Positions 1 through 11,736 of a stretch of DNA of 64,000 nt are shown here, in pieces. Where the stretch lies: positions 10,106,001 through 10,170,000 of the forward strand of contig OZ176054.1 of NCBI GenBank assembly GCA_964247055.1, in the 5' to 3' direction. Every line of letters starts with the position of its first letter. The stretch's first letter is position 1. A program made the translations under genes and the position numbers. Source of the DNA: Paragordius varius. Its lineage: Eukaryota; Animalia; Nematomorpha. A model generated the notes under the pieces. It was not told where the DNA came from. It worked only from the letters and a program-made list of their open reading frames with translations, and ran no database searches.

Positions 1-56
1 GCTATCACATGAAAAAATTATTCTATTAAAAAAATGACCCTCTTTTTTTGCAAGTG
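1..56 (-). mobile_element. Terminal fragment of a dispersed repeat family beginning CACTG/CACTT (inverted copy, cut by the window start)
   Basis: The reverse complement (cacttgcaaaaaaaagagggtcatttttttaatagaataattttttcatgtgatagc) aligns with 2065-2124 (cactgtgtgcaaaaaagagggtcattttgatttaacgaaaaaattttttcatcagatagc). Confidence 0.6.
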
Positions 57-1464
57 TATATCTATATTCTGATAGAATGTATTTGAATCTGATAGTACTT
101 TTGGTTTCCTTTACTACTGATAGAAAGATATTACCTTTTTGTGTTGTAATGATTCGATAAAACTTTTTTTGTCCATCAAATCGTATTGGAAAGATATTTA
201 TATGATTAATATGTGTTTTGTAAAATCATAGGCTTGTTTTGGTGCATGCTAAAATTTTTTCTATATAAACCTTAATAATTTTTTGAACGCGAGATATTGG
301 ATATATATATATATATATATAAATAAATGATAGCCAAATTAAATTTTTTACCGCTCATAAGTGGATCGGATTTGCCACCAAAATGCAATTTTTAGTAAGT
401 CATCAAGGATTCCCTGAAAGTTTTAATCCTAATTGAAAAAGGTTTTGCGTCTATGGTATATATTTCTAAAACAATTTCGGTGACGCGTTTTCTCCGCTGT
501 ATTTAATTTCATTCGACCTAACATGCTACAAGAATGCGATTTTAAGATTTTGGCTATAAAGATTAAAATAACTTTTTTTCAGATAGTCAACTGAATTTAT
601 TTTTGATATTCATTATCCTGAAGCCATAGATATAAATATATGATTCAAAAACATAACGTTTGGCTGCTCATCTTAAAAAAGACTTTCTTAAATTCGATGA
701 TGCTGAACATAATAGTCATCAATTTAATAATTTATTTGATTATGATATCAAATTCATTAACTATATAATTTATACATAAATTACTTTTGTAAACAAAGTA
801 ATCTAATTAAACTAAAAAGATAGATTGGAGCATCAAATAAAAAAAATGTTATATAATATTTTAAATACAGATTGCATGATGCTTTAGACTACCATACTTT
901 ACAAAATTTTTCTATTTAACTTTTTTTGTTAAAAATGTTTTTCAAAAAAACTTTTGGAATTTAGCATGAATTAGGAATTTATGTACTGCAATATCAGCAT
1001 TTTGGTTTAGTTTAAAAACACACCTCCCATTTTAGGAGTATCCAAAAGTTCAAAACTGTCAGATCCCCGATCCAAAATTTAATTTTATATTTCTAATTTT
1101 GCCTTTAATTTAGCATAGATATATTTTGGCGTTATTTTATGCAATAAAACGTTTATTTACCAAAAAATTTATTTATTAAAATGTGGGCAATTTTTCCCTG
1201 ATATCCAGCTGTTATTACAAGAGTGGCAATGATTTTCATATATCGCTTGTGACATAAAAATTAGGAGCACATTAGAATAATACATTTTTTACCATAAAAT
1301 AATGTGACCAGATATTTTGAACTTTGACGCAGTACAAAATTAAAACATATTTTGCCTGTTTTTACGCCATCGGTGTGGTATATTACACAAGTTTCCACAA
1401 AAAAATATCCAGATGAAATATATATATATTTGATAGAAAAAATTGAGGATTATCATGGCGCTTT

Positions 1465-1630
1465 TGAAATTTTTAGATGTGGACTCTGAAAGTCCCAAAT
1501 TTTTTACCCCTTTTATAATGGACTGTTCTAAAACAAACGCAAAAATTTTGATATTGTGCAATAATTTTAAATATATGCTAAATTTTGATTTTTTAAAAAA
1601 TGGACACTTTCAAAAAATTATTTTTTAGCG
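1465..1630 (+). repeat. Partial copy of one arm of the foldback element at 3556-4318
   Basis: aaatttttagatgtggactctgaaagtccc...gcaaaaattttgatattgtgc...atgctaaattttgat resembles 3781-3905 (aaaatttgatgtgggctttgaaagtccg...gcaaaaatgccaagattgtcg...atgctaaattttgat). Boundaries approximate. Confidence 0.5.
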
Positions 1631-2064
1631 AAATTTTGTTGAAGCCCAAGCCTAATTCGTATTATTTTGGGCATGATGGAAAAAACGGTTGATGTTATAA
1701 CATTTTATATATATATAATTCGATTATGCTAATTATTAATCAAAATTTTGATGAAAATATTCGGTCGTTTTCAAATGTATGTTAAATAGGAAATGTCTTT
1801 TTTAACAAAAACTCACCAAAATTTGCAATCAAACTTTAAATAAAAATTCCGAACCTATATTGTTCAACATTCTCGAATTAAAGGTATTATTATATCTTAG
1901 AGCGTTATACGGTTCGTATTATGCTTCAAAATAGTTTGAAGACGCTTCAACAAAATATCTCAAATTTTATGCAAAAAAATAGAAAAACTAATAAAAATTA
2001 AAGTTTAGGAAAAAAAATCAAGTAATATACCTCCCACCTAATAAGTATGATATGCCATATATAA

Positions 2065-2330
2065 CACTGTGTGCAAAAAAGAGGGTCATTTTGATTTAAC
2101 GAAAAAATTTTTTCATCAGATAGCTTATGACCAATGAATTCATTTGCCGCATGTTGACAACCTATAGAGATATTGAGAGAGAGAATCGAAATCGGGCAAA
2201 AAGTGAAAATTAAGGATAATTTTAGGATAATTCAAAAAATAATGAAATTTGAGATATTATGGATTATCATTTCAAAATATATTTTCAATATATAAATACC
2301 TAATTCTAACAGGTTTCTTCAGCGGACCCT
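2065..2330 (+). mobile_element. Left end of a non-autonomous DNA-transposon-like repeat starting CACTGTGTGC; right end not found
   Basis: Homologous to 15180-15420, sharing gatattgagaga..aatcgaaatc(g/a)ggcaaaaagtgaaaattaaggataatt, and to the inverted copy at 1-56. Confidence 0.6.
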
Positions 2331-3224
2331 CACAAAATGGTATCAGTTTATATATTTTAAATTTTTATAATTTAGCTTTGGGTAAGTTGCATGTTAACTT
2401 AATAACAGTTATCTTATTATTTAATATTACACATAATTTGTTTTGGTTAAAAGTAATTACTGGTTAAAGTTTCAACTTTTCCAAATTTTTAAGGTGAATA
2501 TAAATGATGAATATCTATGATTTTCAGTACATAGCTTTTTTCTGTTTAAATAAAATTTAATCATAATTGCTATTGACTAGGCATTCTAACTCTTTTTTAA
2601 CTGGATTTTGAAAAAACATATTTTGCATAATTTTTGGGATATAAATTTGAGCCACACCACATGCCATCTGAAGCTTTTTGTTTAAGAGGCTATAAATTAA
2701 AAAAAATTCAAAATTATTTTCAAAAACGATAATTTTCAAAATATTTTTAGCGATTAAATTTAGAGATGATTTTTATTATATATATATATATATATATATA
2801 TTCAGGATATTTTAACTTCCTGAATTGAAAATATATTTATGCTTTAATACAAAATGAGTTTTTCGGATTTCGAAAGAGGGTGAAACGCCATAATTTTAAA
2901 CTATATATTTTCGAATTTAAAAGTCATCATAAAATGAAAACAATATTGGGCATTGTATATAATTATCCATAAAAAAGGCAGTTTGACTGCAGTTTGTATG
3001 TTTCAATTTGATATTCAGCTCAACATCTTAATATTTTTAAACTCTTAAAAATATTTTTTATCAAAATTTGGTAGGGTTTATTAAAATACATATAATGGTT
3101 TAATAATGAATATTTTTGCAAGGAATTAAAAATATATAAAAAAATATTGATTATTATTATACCTGTTGTGGTCATGGTCTTTATAAATCGACAGAAAAAC
3201 ATATAATTTGAAAGGATATTTATT

Positions 3225-4803
3225 TATAAATTTTCCATCGGCTTCTACAGTTTTGTCCATCTCTCAGGTAATATATATGAAACCTGTTTGTCGTTTGCGG
3301 TAAACCATGAAAAGAGGTAACAGATAGCATGAGGTCAAGGTGGTATCTCGGATGTGGAAACATTTAATATAAATTTAAGAAAAGGATGTTTTTAATAAAA
3401 ATGCAAGGTGTAAATAATCATTTGTTAATGTTAGCGTGGTTTAACGGTTTAACCGGGTTCCAAAAGTCATTATACATAATGTTACACTAGTTTAAAGCGA
3501 GACAATAGCTTGGTCTCGTTTCTGAAGCGATTACACTGAATCCGAAGTTAGGGCGTATATAACACCTAATGAAATATTTTCTGAAGAAATGTATCAATCA
3601 TTATGGTGCATTTGGTTTTAGCCCTATGAGTGGCTTAAGAAAGTTATATACACTTTGAGATAAGTGATCCATATTTGAAAATGAATAAATTCTGCGGACA
3701 TTTTTTAAATAAAATTGTTTTATTGAAAGCTAAATGGTTCATAAATAACAAAATATAAACTACACAATTTTTTAATAAATTAAAATTTGATGTGGGCTTT
3801 GAAAGTCCGTAATTTTATCAACCGTCAAATATGGGCTATTCAAATAAAGGCAAAAATGCCAAGATTGTCGATAAAAATTTTTATTAATGCTAAATTTTGA
3901 TATCAATTAAAAATTTCATTTTTGAAAAAATATAATTTTTTAAAAATATTTTTGGTTAATATCCAAATTAAGCTTATATTTAAAATTTTCATCAGGCAAT
4001 CTTGACATTTTTGCTTTATTTTAAGAGAAGTTGCCTCTTTTAGGTTCGAAGCCCACATCTAAAAATTAAATTTTAATTTTGCTTTGCGTTTTATATGTAA
4101 TTTATGTTATATTTTAGTGATATTTTTTGGAAGGGATTTAGCTTTACCAAAAAAAATATTTAAAAAATGTGCGCAAACTTTTCATTTTCTGATATGGAGC
4201 ATTTCCCCCAAAACTGTAAATAAATTTATTAAATCACTCATAAGGCTCAAAACTAAAAGCACCATTTTTATCCTGATACGTTTTCATATCAGAAGATATA
4301 TATTACAACAGGTTATTTTTTGGGGCACTGTGTTAGGCCTTCCTCTGATGAATTGATTTCCTTTAAAGCCACTATTTTTGCGCTAGGATATATAAAATAA
4401 ACCCACCTCTCATTATGTCACAATTTGATGCAAAAATGTCTCCTGTCGAGGCGCTGAAGCAAGATTATACGGATTACTTTGCGAATTTCAATTTTACATC
4501 CATTAAAATTGGGTAAAATCCATTTGTCTTAATTGTCTTCACTCGTAGACGTCTACTCATGGCTTTTATGATAGAGGTACTTCATGTTAATTGCCGTTGA
4601 GTTTAAGTTGAGTCCTTATTCAATACTTCTTGTACTTTGTCGCATTTATAGCTGTTAACCAGCCAGAGCGTCCACTCTCTTTCACATTGAAATAACTACC
4701 TTTAAATTTTTAAAACCATGTTTCACATATATTTCGATCTGAAAACGATAAAATTGTCCTTTCTGATAAATTAAAAAACAACGTGTGGAAACGACCTTGA
4801 CAT
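3225..4803 (-). pseudogene. Heavily decayed mariner (Tc1/mariner) transposase, interrupted by a foldback insertion
   Basis: Minus-strand fragments occur in the expected order: LSERT..CETWF*KFKGSYFNVKESGRSG (HTH), EVLNKDST*TQRQL, FLHQIVT / NERWVLFIYP (degenerate IVTGDEKW), GLT.CPKK, then after the insertion PHPRYHLDL..YLFS (degenerate HPPYSPDLAPSDY) and LPERWTK.VEADGKF. Many stops and frameshifts. TIRs not confidently identified. Confidence 0.7.
3556..4318. mobile_element. Foldback/palindromic MITE-like element inserted in the mariner remnant
   Basis: The left arm (ttctgaagaaatgtatcaatcattatggtgcatttggttttagccctatgagtgg...gatgtgggctttgaa...gcaaaaatgccaagattg) matches the reverse complement of the right arm (ttctgatatgaaaacgtatcaggataaaaatggtgcttttagttttgagccttatgagtg...gatgtgggcttcgaa...gcaaaaatgtcaagattg). 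Centre near 3940; ends approximate. Confidence 0.65.
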
Positions 4804-6290
4804 AATTGGATAGATACAAAATTGTAACTTTCGACGGACTCTTGAGTGTTTATGTTAAATGTTAAATGATTAAATGTCTAATTTATTAATCGTCTGCCCT
4901 CTTTTTACTGACGTCCTTTGGTTAAACTGGTTATGGTTTATGGCTACAGATATATTTTCATAAAAAAGCTTAATCTATCTTGATTACCCAATATACACGT
5001 GTTTTTGTTATACAAGAAGTGTAAAAAGGCAGCTAAAAATTATAATTTTACCTCACAGCTTCCAGAACACCGTATAATTAAGTTTAGCATTATACTACTC
5101 ATTCGCATTTAGATCTTGACACGGCTTCAAGAACACCTTGTAACTGAGTTTATTATTATATAACTTATTTGCAGTTAGACCTTAAATATCGAGGCTGTTT
5201 GGAAACGCACGACTTTTCCTGCATTTATATAACACCAATTTTCATTCGCAAAGTTCATCAAATAATTTATAAACAGATTTGAATTTTTTCTAAGATTTTT
5301 TTTATATCACTTGAATACAACACATTCATTTCAGTCCTTCGATTCAAATTGAGGTAGTTGGATACCCCAGGCCTGTTTAAAAATTCTTTAAAAGATATGG
5401 AAGGAATCGAAACCATGGCAAAACTTTGCACTTACATAACATTAATAAACCGAAGTATATAAAATTCTTATTATACTTGATATTACGATTTTAAGTTAAA
5501 CCAAAGGTAAAAATTAGTCCACGTGGCATGTATGCAATTGTAAAATTGAAAATACAAAATAAACGACTTTTTCTATTTTTAACAATGTTAGATTTGAAAA
5601 AAAGTTAGCTTTAGTTTCACCCATAAGAAGACGATTGCAAAAATTTGTATAATAAAAATGGCATCGAAGAGTTTTACATGATTTTTTTTTTCAAAACGAA
5701 ATTTTATTTAAGACATTTTGGCTTATTACTATAATTTTTATAGGATTAAAGCATGTTAAATTGGTACCGTTTGCTTCAGTAGTTTTTTAAATAATAACTT
5801 AAATTTAATCTGGAGTATTTAGATACTCCAATTTGAATCGAAGTGATATACAACATAATTTTATTTCAAAATAAGAACTTTTATTTTATCCACTAGCAAA
5901 AAATAAATCGAGGCTGTAACGTCGTGATGTATGATAACCCCTTATATATGATATAATTTACTATAAAAAATATGTTTAAATCTTTTACCCTTCCATTTTT
6001 TAATGATCGGAGAAGAAAATTTGCGTTTTGGCTTATTGTGTTGTTTTGTTTTAAGCAATTGACCCTATTTTTTACGGATTATATATAAATATCATGATAT
6101 CGATTGGTTAATACCGTACCTCAAAATATTTATAATATCTAATGTCGTTTATGATCAAAAATATAGAAAACTTCTTTGACTCACCGATTGTGGGAAACAA
6201 TCCTATGTTAAGTAATTACTTCTATATAATTTTTTCGCTTAATATATCATTAATTTATCAAAAGTGTTTTCTTTAATCCGCGCATATATA

Positions 6291-6827
6291 CCATTTGCAC
6301 TTCAAAGGTGTCCTTGAACACTTAAAGTTGGTCATTGGACATTTCAAGTTGGTCCTTAAAATTTAAATTTTACCATTGTATTTTTTTATTTTATTATTTT
6401 TAACCTAATTTTCTTTATTTATTATATAATTATTCATTTAAAAAAAAATTTTTTATTAAAAAAACACTCTTTTTTAAACTTATTTTTTTTAATTTGATAA
6501 AATTATTAACTTTTTCAATGAATTGTAGATAATAACCCATAAAACTTATATTTTTTTTAATTATGTTTTAAAATCTTATAAATATCCAAAATAAAGATAT
6601 ACGTTTCCTAATGATTAAAAAATTGAAATTGATTTAAAATTTATATGAATTAATAGAAAATAAAAAACGATAAGATAGATGAATGATTTGCGATTTGATT
6701 GATAAAAGTTGAAAACAAGTCAAAGGACAAACTTGAAATATGGACCAACTTGAAGTGTTTGAGGATCAACTTGAAGTATTCAAAACCCAACTCGAAATAT
6801 TCAAGGACACGCTTGAAGTGCAAATGG
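6291..6827. mobile_element. MITE family A, copy 1 (TIR CCATTTGCACTTCAA..GTGTCCTTGAA, flanked by TA)
   Basis: Left end ccatttgcacttcaaaggtgtccttgaa and right end ttcaaggacacgcttgaagtgcaaatgg are inverted repeats. Subterminal repeats of about 21 bp (cacttcaagttggtccttgaa-like). Second copy at 18965-19596. Confidence 0.8.
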
Positions 6828-7324
6828 TATATATATTCATCATATAACAAAAAGTTTTTGTTATATGACAAATCGGGGACTAGCCTTTACAAAATTTTTC
6901 CAGGTTTAATTTGAAATGTATAGAATGTTTTCTGTGAAATGTATATAATTATATGTTATATTGGATTTATCTCTGTAAAAATATGATAAGATTAGAACTG
7001 ATAGGGTACTGTATCTGGCTAGGGCCTATTTAATTTTATTATATTAATAACAAGCTATTTGCTGGTTTTAGGTTTAGAGAGACTTCAAATTAAATTACTA
7101 ATAAAATATTGGTGATAATAATCAAAATTAAAAACCGCCATGTCCTTTAGGGGTTTCATTAATTTTTTTAAAAAATATAAACCTGTACAAAATTATCACA
7201 AAGTTGTGAAACTGAATACTAAAAAATAAGTTTTGAATATAATGTTATATTTTGACGACAAATCGGTAATTGATTTTTAGAAACGGCTGCCTGTTTTGAG
7301 ATCATATTAAATTTATTTTCCCAG

Positions 7325-7468
7325 TTATACAAGGTGTTAATGATCCCGATACGATGCTGGCTATGATTGATGAAATATTGGCAGAGTTGACGAATCTCGC
7401 TGCACAACATCCCTTATCTCCCATTCCCGAACTAAATGATGTCTTAGGAAATCCACCAGCGGAATGGA
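7325..7468 (+). CDS. Putative internal coding exon (phase 1-1, 144 nt) of an unidentified host gene
   Basis: Acceptor ttttcccag, donor gtaaat, length divisible by 3, GC-richer than its flanks. Open frame xIQGVNDPDTMLAMIDEILAELTNLAAQHPLSPIPELNDVLGNPPAEW. Confidence 0.55.
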
Positions 7469-8032
7469 GTAAATTGATATTTATGGTCGACATTTAAAAG
7501 ATTTTTCACCTATATATATTAACTCAATTAAAAAATGTCTTCCTTAGAGTTTTGTGGGGTGTATTTTAATATGCTGTATAGGTGAGCATTTCTATCATAT
7601 TTAATACTATAAAACAAAATCCAAAGGTGTCCACTTGTTTATTTTTTTATATAATGATGGGTAACATTGAGCTTTGATAATATGTGGTTTCAATCGTGGG
7701 ATTTAATTTGTTTTGTCATTTAAAAGACAAATATCTCAAAAAAACCCAGTTTTTAGCTTCAGATAAATTTGGAATACTTTTTTAAAAGGCATATAATTTT
7801 TAATATTTTATTAAATGACTGCTAAATATTAAATTTGGCTTCCAGCCACGCCTTTTTTTCATATGTTTTTTGAAGTAGTGGCCGCATTTTACAGATAGTA
7901 TTTTCAAAAGGATATTTTTTATGCCGAGAACATATTTTTAAAACGCTTTATAAAATGTCTCAATAAGAGGAAATAAGTTTAGTCAACGTTTTTCCAATAT
8001 TATATTATAATCTTAATTTTTTTATATTTTAG

Positions 8033-8053
8033 ATCAAGTAAACCAAAACGAAG
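8033..8053 (+). CDS. Possible 21-nt phase 1-1 micro-exon (xQVNQNE)
   Basis: tttttatattttag|ATCAAGTAAACCAAAACGAAG|gtaatt. The splice sites are strong but the exon is too short to validate from sequence alone. Confidence 0.3.
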
Positions 8054-9277
8054 GTAATTTATTGGGTACAATGGTGTTGTGTCCATATATATTTTCTTGA
8101 TATAGGTAACTCAAAATATAAATACAGTATTAAGGCGTAATGGTTTTCAATGCGTAGGGCGTCAGTTTGAATACTGAAACTATGTTTTTATTCATTATTC
8201 CTCTTACCAGAGAAGGTGAGCTTTGAAGCCTTCAGGTGCCTTAATACAATTATAATTTAAAGACTATAAAGTGTATGGTTTCCTAAAAAGGTGAGATATA
8301 ATAAATAGGGTACCTGATTCTAACAATGAGTGTGTCGATGATGTGCCTGACCCTAAAACTGTCGTATATCTATATCATCAGTGTTAGACCTAAAAAATAA
8401 TTTTTTATAAAAAATTTATTGCACTTCACATTTATGAATAAAAGATGATAGAAGAGGAAATAATGTTTTTTAACAATGTTTTTGAACAAACGAACGTTAG
8501 ATTTTAATGAAATAAGTTGTAATTTAGGAATTTATAGTTCCCAAAAATCGTTTCAAATAAAAATATAAAATTTAAAAAAGGGATAAGCTTTATTACCGTA
8601 TAACAATCCCCCCTCATATATGAGATCCTCCCGCCTAATAATAAACATTATAAAATAAGCGGTGCTTATATAATTAGCTCATGCCGATCATCATGCACTT
8701 TTAAAAATAACGCTCTATTTTTTAATTTATATTCCTTCAAAGTTAGAACCCCTTTTCACAAATAAATTAGTTTGTGGGTGCTAACATAACTCATAAAATA
8801 TGCTAAAACTAATAAAAAATAATTTAAACTTTTTTTCCAATTGAATACATATTATTAATTATAATATACTACTTAATAAATTAAAATATATTGTATAAGA
8901 TTTTATTATAATTTTAATTATATATTTTTTTTTAATAAGGAATTTTTGCTAATAAAAATATTTTATAATTTAGAAATTATGAATGCGGTTAACCCCAATG
9001 GTATTTAAAAATATAATAATTAGCGGAGCTTGAGGCCTGGCTCGATAGTGAAACAAGTTAATACTTATTTTAAACAAATATTTTAGGTATAGCGCCCGAG
9101 GAATATAACGCAGGTATTTTATTATATATATATATATATATATAAATACATTATTAGGTAACTTATGATTTATGTTGATACTTATGTTTTGCATTATTTA
9201 TGGCATTAACTATTTACAGTCTAATTGGGTTTATGAAATATACTATTGCCGATATGTATAACTTACTATATCGTTAT

Positions 9278-10617
9278 CAGTGGCGTACCGAGCATTTGCG
9301 GCGCCCGGGGCATAAAACTTTAATGGCGCCCCCCCCCCCTTTTTTTTAAAAGCCAATAATACAATTTAGTAAAAAATATACAAACGTTGTAACCTAAACA
9401 CCATAGATAAGACAGCACAGTCATATAAATTTTAAATTTATATATATATAATCAGGGCGTCTTAAACTATGGGTCGCGACCCCGTTTGGGGTCGCGAGTG
9501 ATAAAATTAAAATTTAACAAAAAATGTTTTTTAACTTGTAAAATCTATATGTTTATAAAAATGGAAAATGCGGCTTTGTATGTTTCCGGCAAACCGGTAG
9601 ACCCATTCAAATCCAAACATCGAAAAAATATAATCATTAATAAATGCCCCGACAATAGCTTCGTCCTTTTTTGAAATAGCCCCCCAGTTCGGGCGCACCC
9701 GTGTAAAAAACAGTTTTTTTTGTAAACAGAAGTCCACAAAAATCGTGTCTTTGAGACAATCTTCCGGAGAACGTGTTGAACCATATTTCAAATGTGATAT
9801 ATTTTCGATTGCGCCGAACATGGTCATCTCGCTTTTTTAATTTAGGCCCTATATTTACCCGCTACCCCCATAAAATGCCATTTTTTTCAAAAACAAAGTC
9901 CACAAAAATAATTTTTTAAATCTATTTTTCGCCCTAGGTATGAGACCGTTTGGCCCAAGTAAACAATATATTAGTGTGACTGCACCGTTTTAAAATTTTA
10001 TGATCATAGCTATTAAATAATGTTTCGAAATACTTTTTTCAAATAGCGCCCCCTCCCACCTGGAAGTCCGAAGGACTTTCTCGGGCTGCTTAACAGCCTG
10101 ATATTTTTGCTAGTTATATATAAAAATAATGTTTTTGTTGCATATATTGAATTGATCTTATTATAATGGCGAACAATAATGATTTAAAAAATAATTGTAA
10201 AAGGAGAATTTTACAATACATAAACAGAATTATAATGCATTTTATTTAATAAAATATTAATTATATGAAGATTTTATCACTTGGAAAGGAAAAAAGCAAC
10301 TAAGAGAAAAAATATCTTTTATGTAAAAATTTTTCTGGCTTTTGATATTGCAAAATTATCAATTATATTATTAAAATCTATCATATTTTTCTTTTTCCAC
10401 TCTCAACAATGTTAAGTCATTCTGTTTTATGGTACTAATTAGGTGAATAATATAGAGTATATATATTAGGGATTATTATCTAATAGCTAAAAAATCTTTT
10501 TGAAAGTTCTTATTATTTTTGCATAATTAAAATTTAATTTCAAAAAATCATTTAGGCGCCCCTAAATAACGACGCCCGGGGCATGATGCACCCCCTTGCC
10601 CCCTCTGTACGCCCCTG
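9278..10617. mobile_element. Complete non-autonomous hAT element (1340 bp)
   Basis: TIRs CAGTGGCGTAC / GTACGCCCCTG. Perfect 8-bp TSD ATCGTTAT at 9270-9277 and 10618-10625. GC-rich subterminal GGCGCCCGGGGCAT motifs. Both ends are homologous to the element at 22588-29123. Confidence 0.9.
9453..9500 (+). mobile_element. Probable terminus of a second (Buster/Charlie-like) hAT nested in the first
   Basis: cagggcgtcttaaactatgggtcgcgaccccgtttggggtcgcga. Perfect hairpin TCGCGACCCC-gttt-GGGGTCGCGA (9474-9497). Matching opposite end not found. Confidence 0.4.
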
Positions 10618-11736
10618 ATCGTTATTGAGTAACACACGATTAAATAACCTGTGTGCTTAGTTTTTATAGAATTTAAATTCCATTATTATGATTTTCTGAT
10701 TTTTGTATTCTGAATCATTTTGCAAAGATACTTTTTATAACGATATAAGTAACTCAAATAAATGAGTGTGAATATATTTTTGAAAGTTTGACTCGATCAT
10801 ATATACATATATATTTATAAATACGAGGTTCCAATTATAAAAGTCAATATGTTTTAGGTATACTGTATCATCTTGGCTCAAAATTAAAATTATATTTAAC
10901 AATTATTTCCTTTTATCTGTATTTTTTAATACATCTCTTTAGCCGTTGAAGGATTTGGTAAATAACTAATATTAATATTTTTTCTCAATACCTTAAACAT
11001 ATGTAGAAAACTTTTAATATAATCATCCTGAAATATAGATCGATTGATTTTAAGTATAACACTCACCAAATATATTGTAATTTATGCAACATAATTATCA
11101 TAACTTTACAAAAAAATATCAGGATATGGTCGGTTAATCTATAACAATCTATTCCTACCATTAATTTAATAAAACTTAACATAATATTTAAAAAAGGGTG
11201 CTTTTGACTAATATATTATATATCAGAGGTAAAAGATGTGGGTTTAATGATTTTTTAACCGATAATAGGGATGTCCAATACAAATGGCTTCTCCGATCGC
11301 ATGAAATATAATCAATAAATATTTTTTAGATATCAAACATGACTGTAAAAACCACTATTTTACTATTTTTGATAGTTCATTCCTGAAATTCGAATTACAT
11401 TAAAAAAATTTGTTTAAAAAATTAATTTTACTCCGTAAGATTTTTAAAAATATTCTTTAAGCAGCATAAAATAAAACCGTATACGATTCGCGACCCGAGT
11501 GTTAGCCGATGGTGTAAATAAACTAACAATTCTAAAAACATTTGATAGTACTGTCACCTCTCAGTTTAAATCATTTATTATCATAAATACCAAAATATGT
11601 ATAATTTTATTATATAATGTATATGTTTTAAAATAATATATCATAAATATATGCATCAATTACAATATTAGATATTTCTAACATCTTTATTCGGTTTTGT
11701 AAACTTTATAGAAAACTATTAACAATGTTAAAATAG

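Noticed and set aside
1340-3202. Short 60-73-aa ORFs in the first 3 kb
   Set aside because: They are rich in Ile, Phe, Lys and Asn as expected from random AT-rich repeat DNA, overlap MITE-like repeats and carry no motifs.
7302-7493. Minus-strand 63-aa ORF (MSTININLLHSAGG...)
   Set aside because: The plus-strand frame has proper splice sites, symmetric phase and more protein-like composition, so the minus ORF is probably its shadow.
8195-8400. Strong-looking splice signals (ccag|AGAAG|gtgagc; 20-nt gtgagc...ttcag)
   Set aside because: No phase-consistent open frame could be built through them. Left unannotated pending RNA data.
9486-9827. ORFs inside the non-autonomous hAT
   Set aside because: They show no transposase motifs and lie in repetitive internal sequence of the element.
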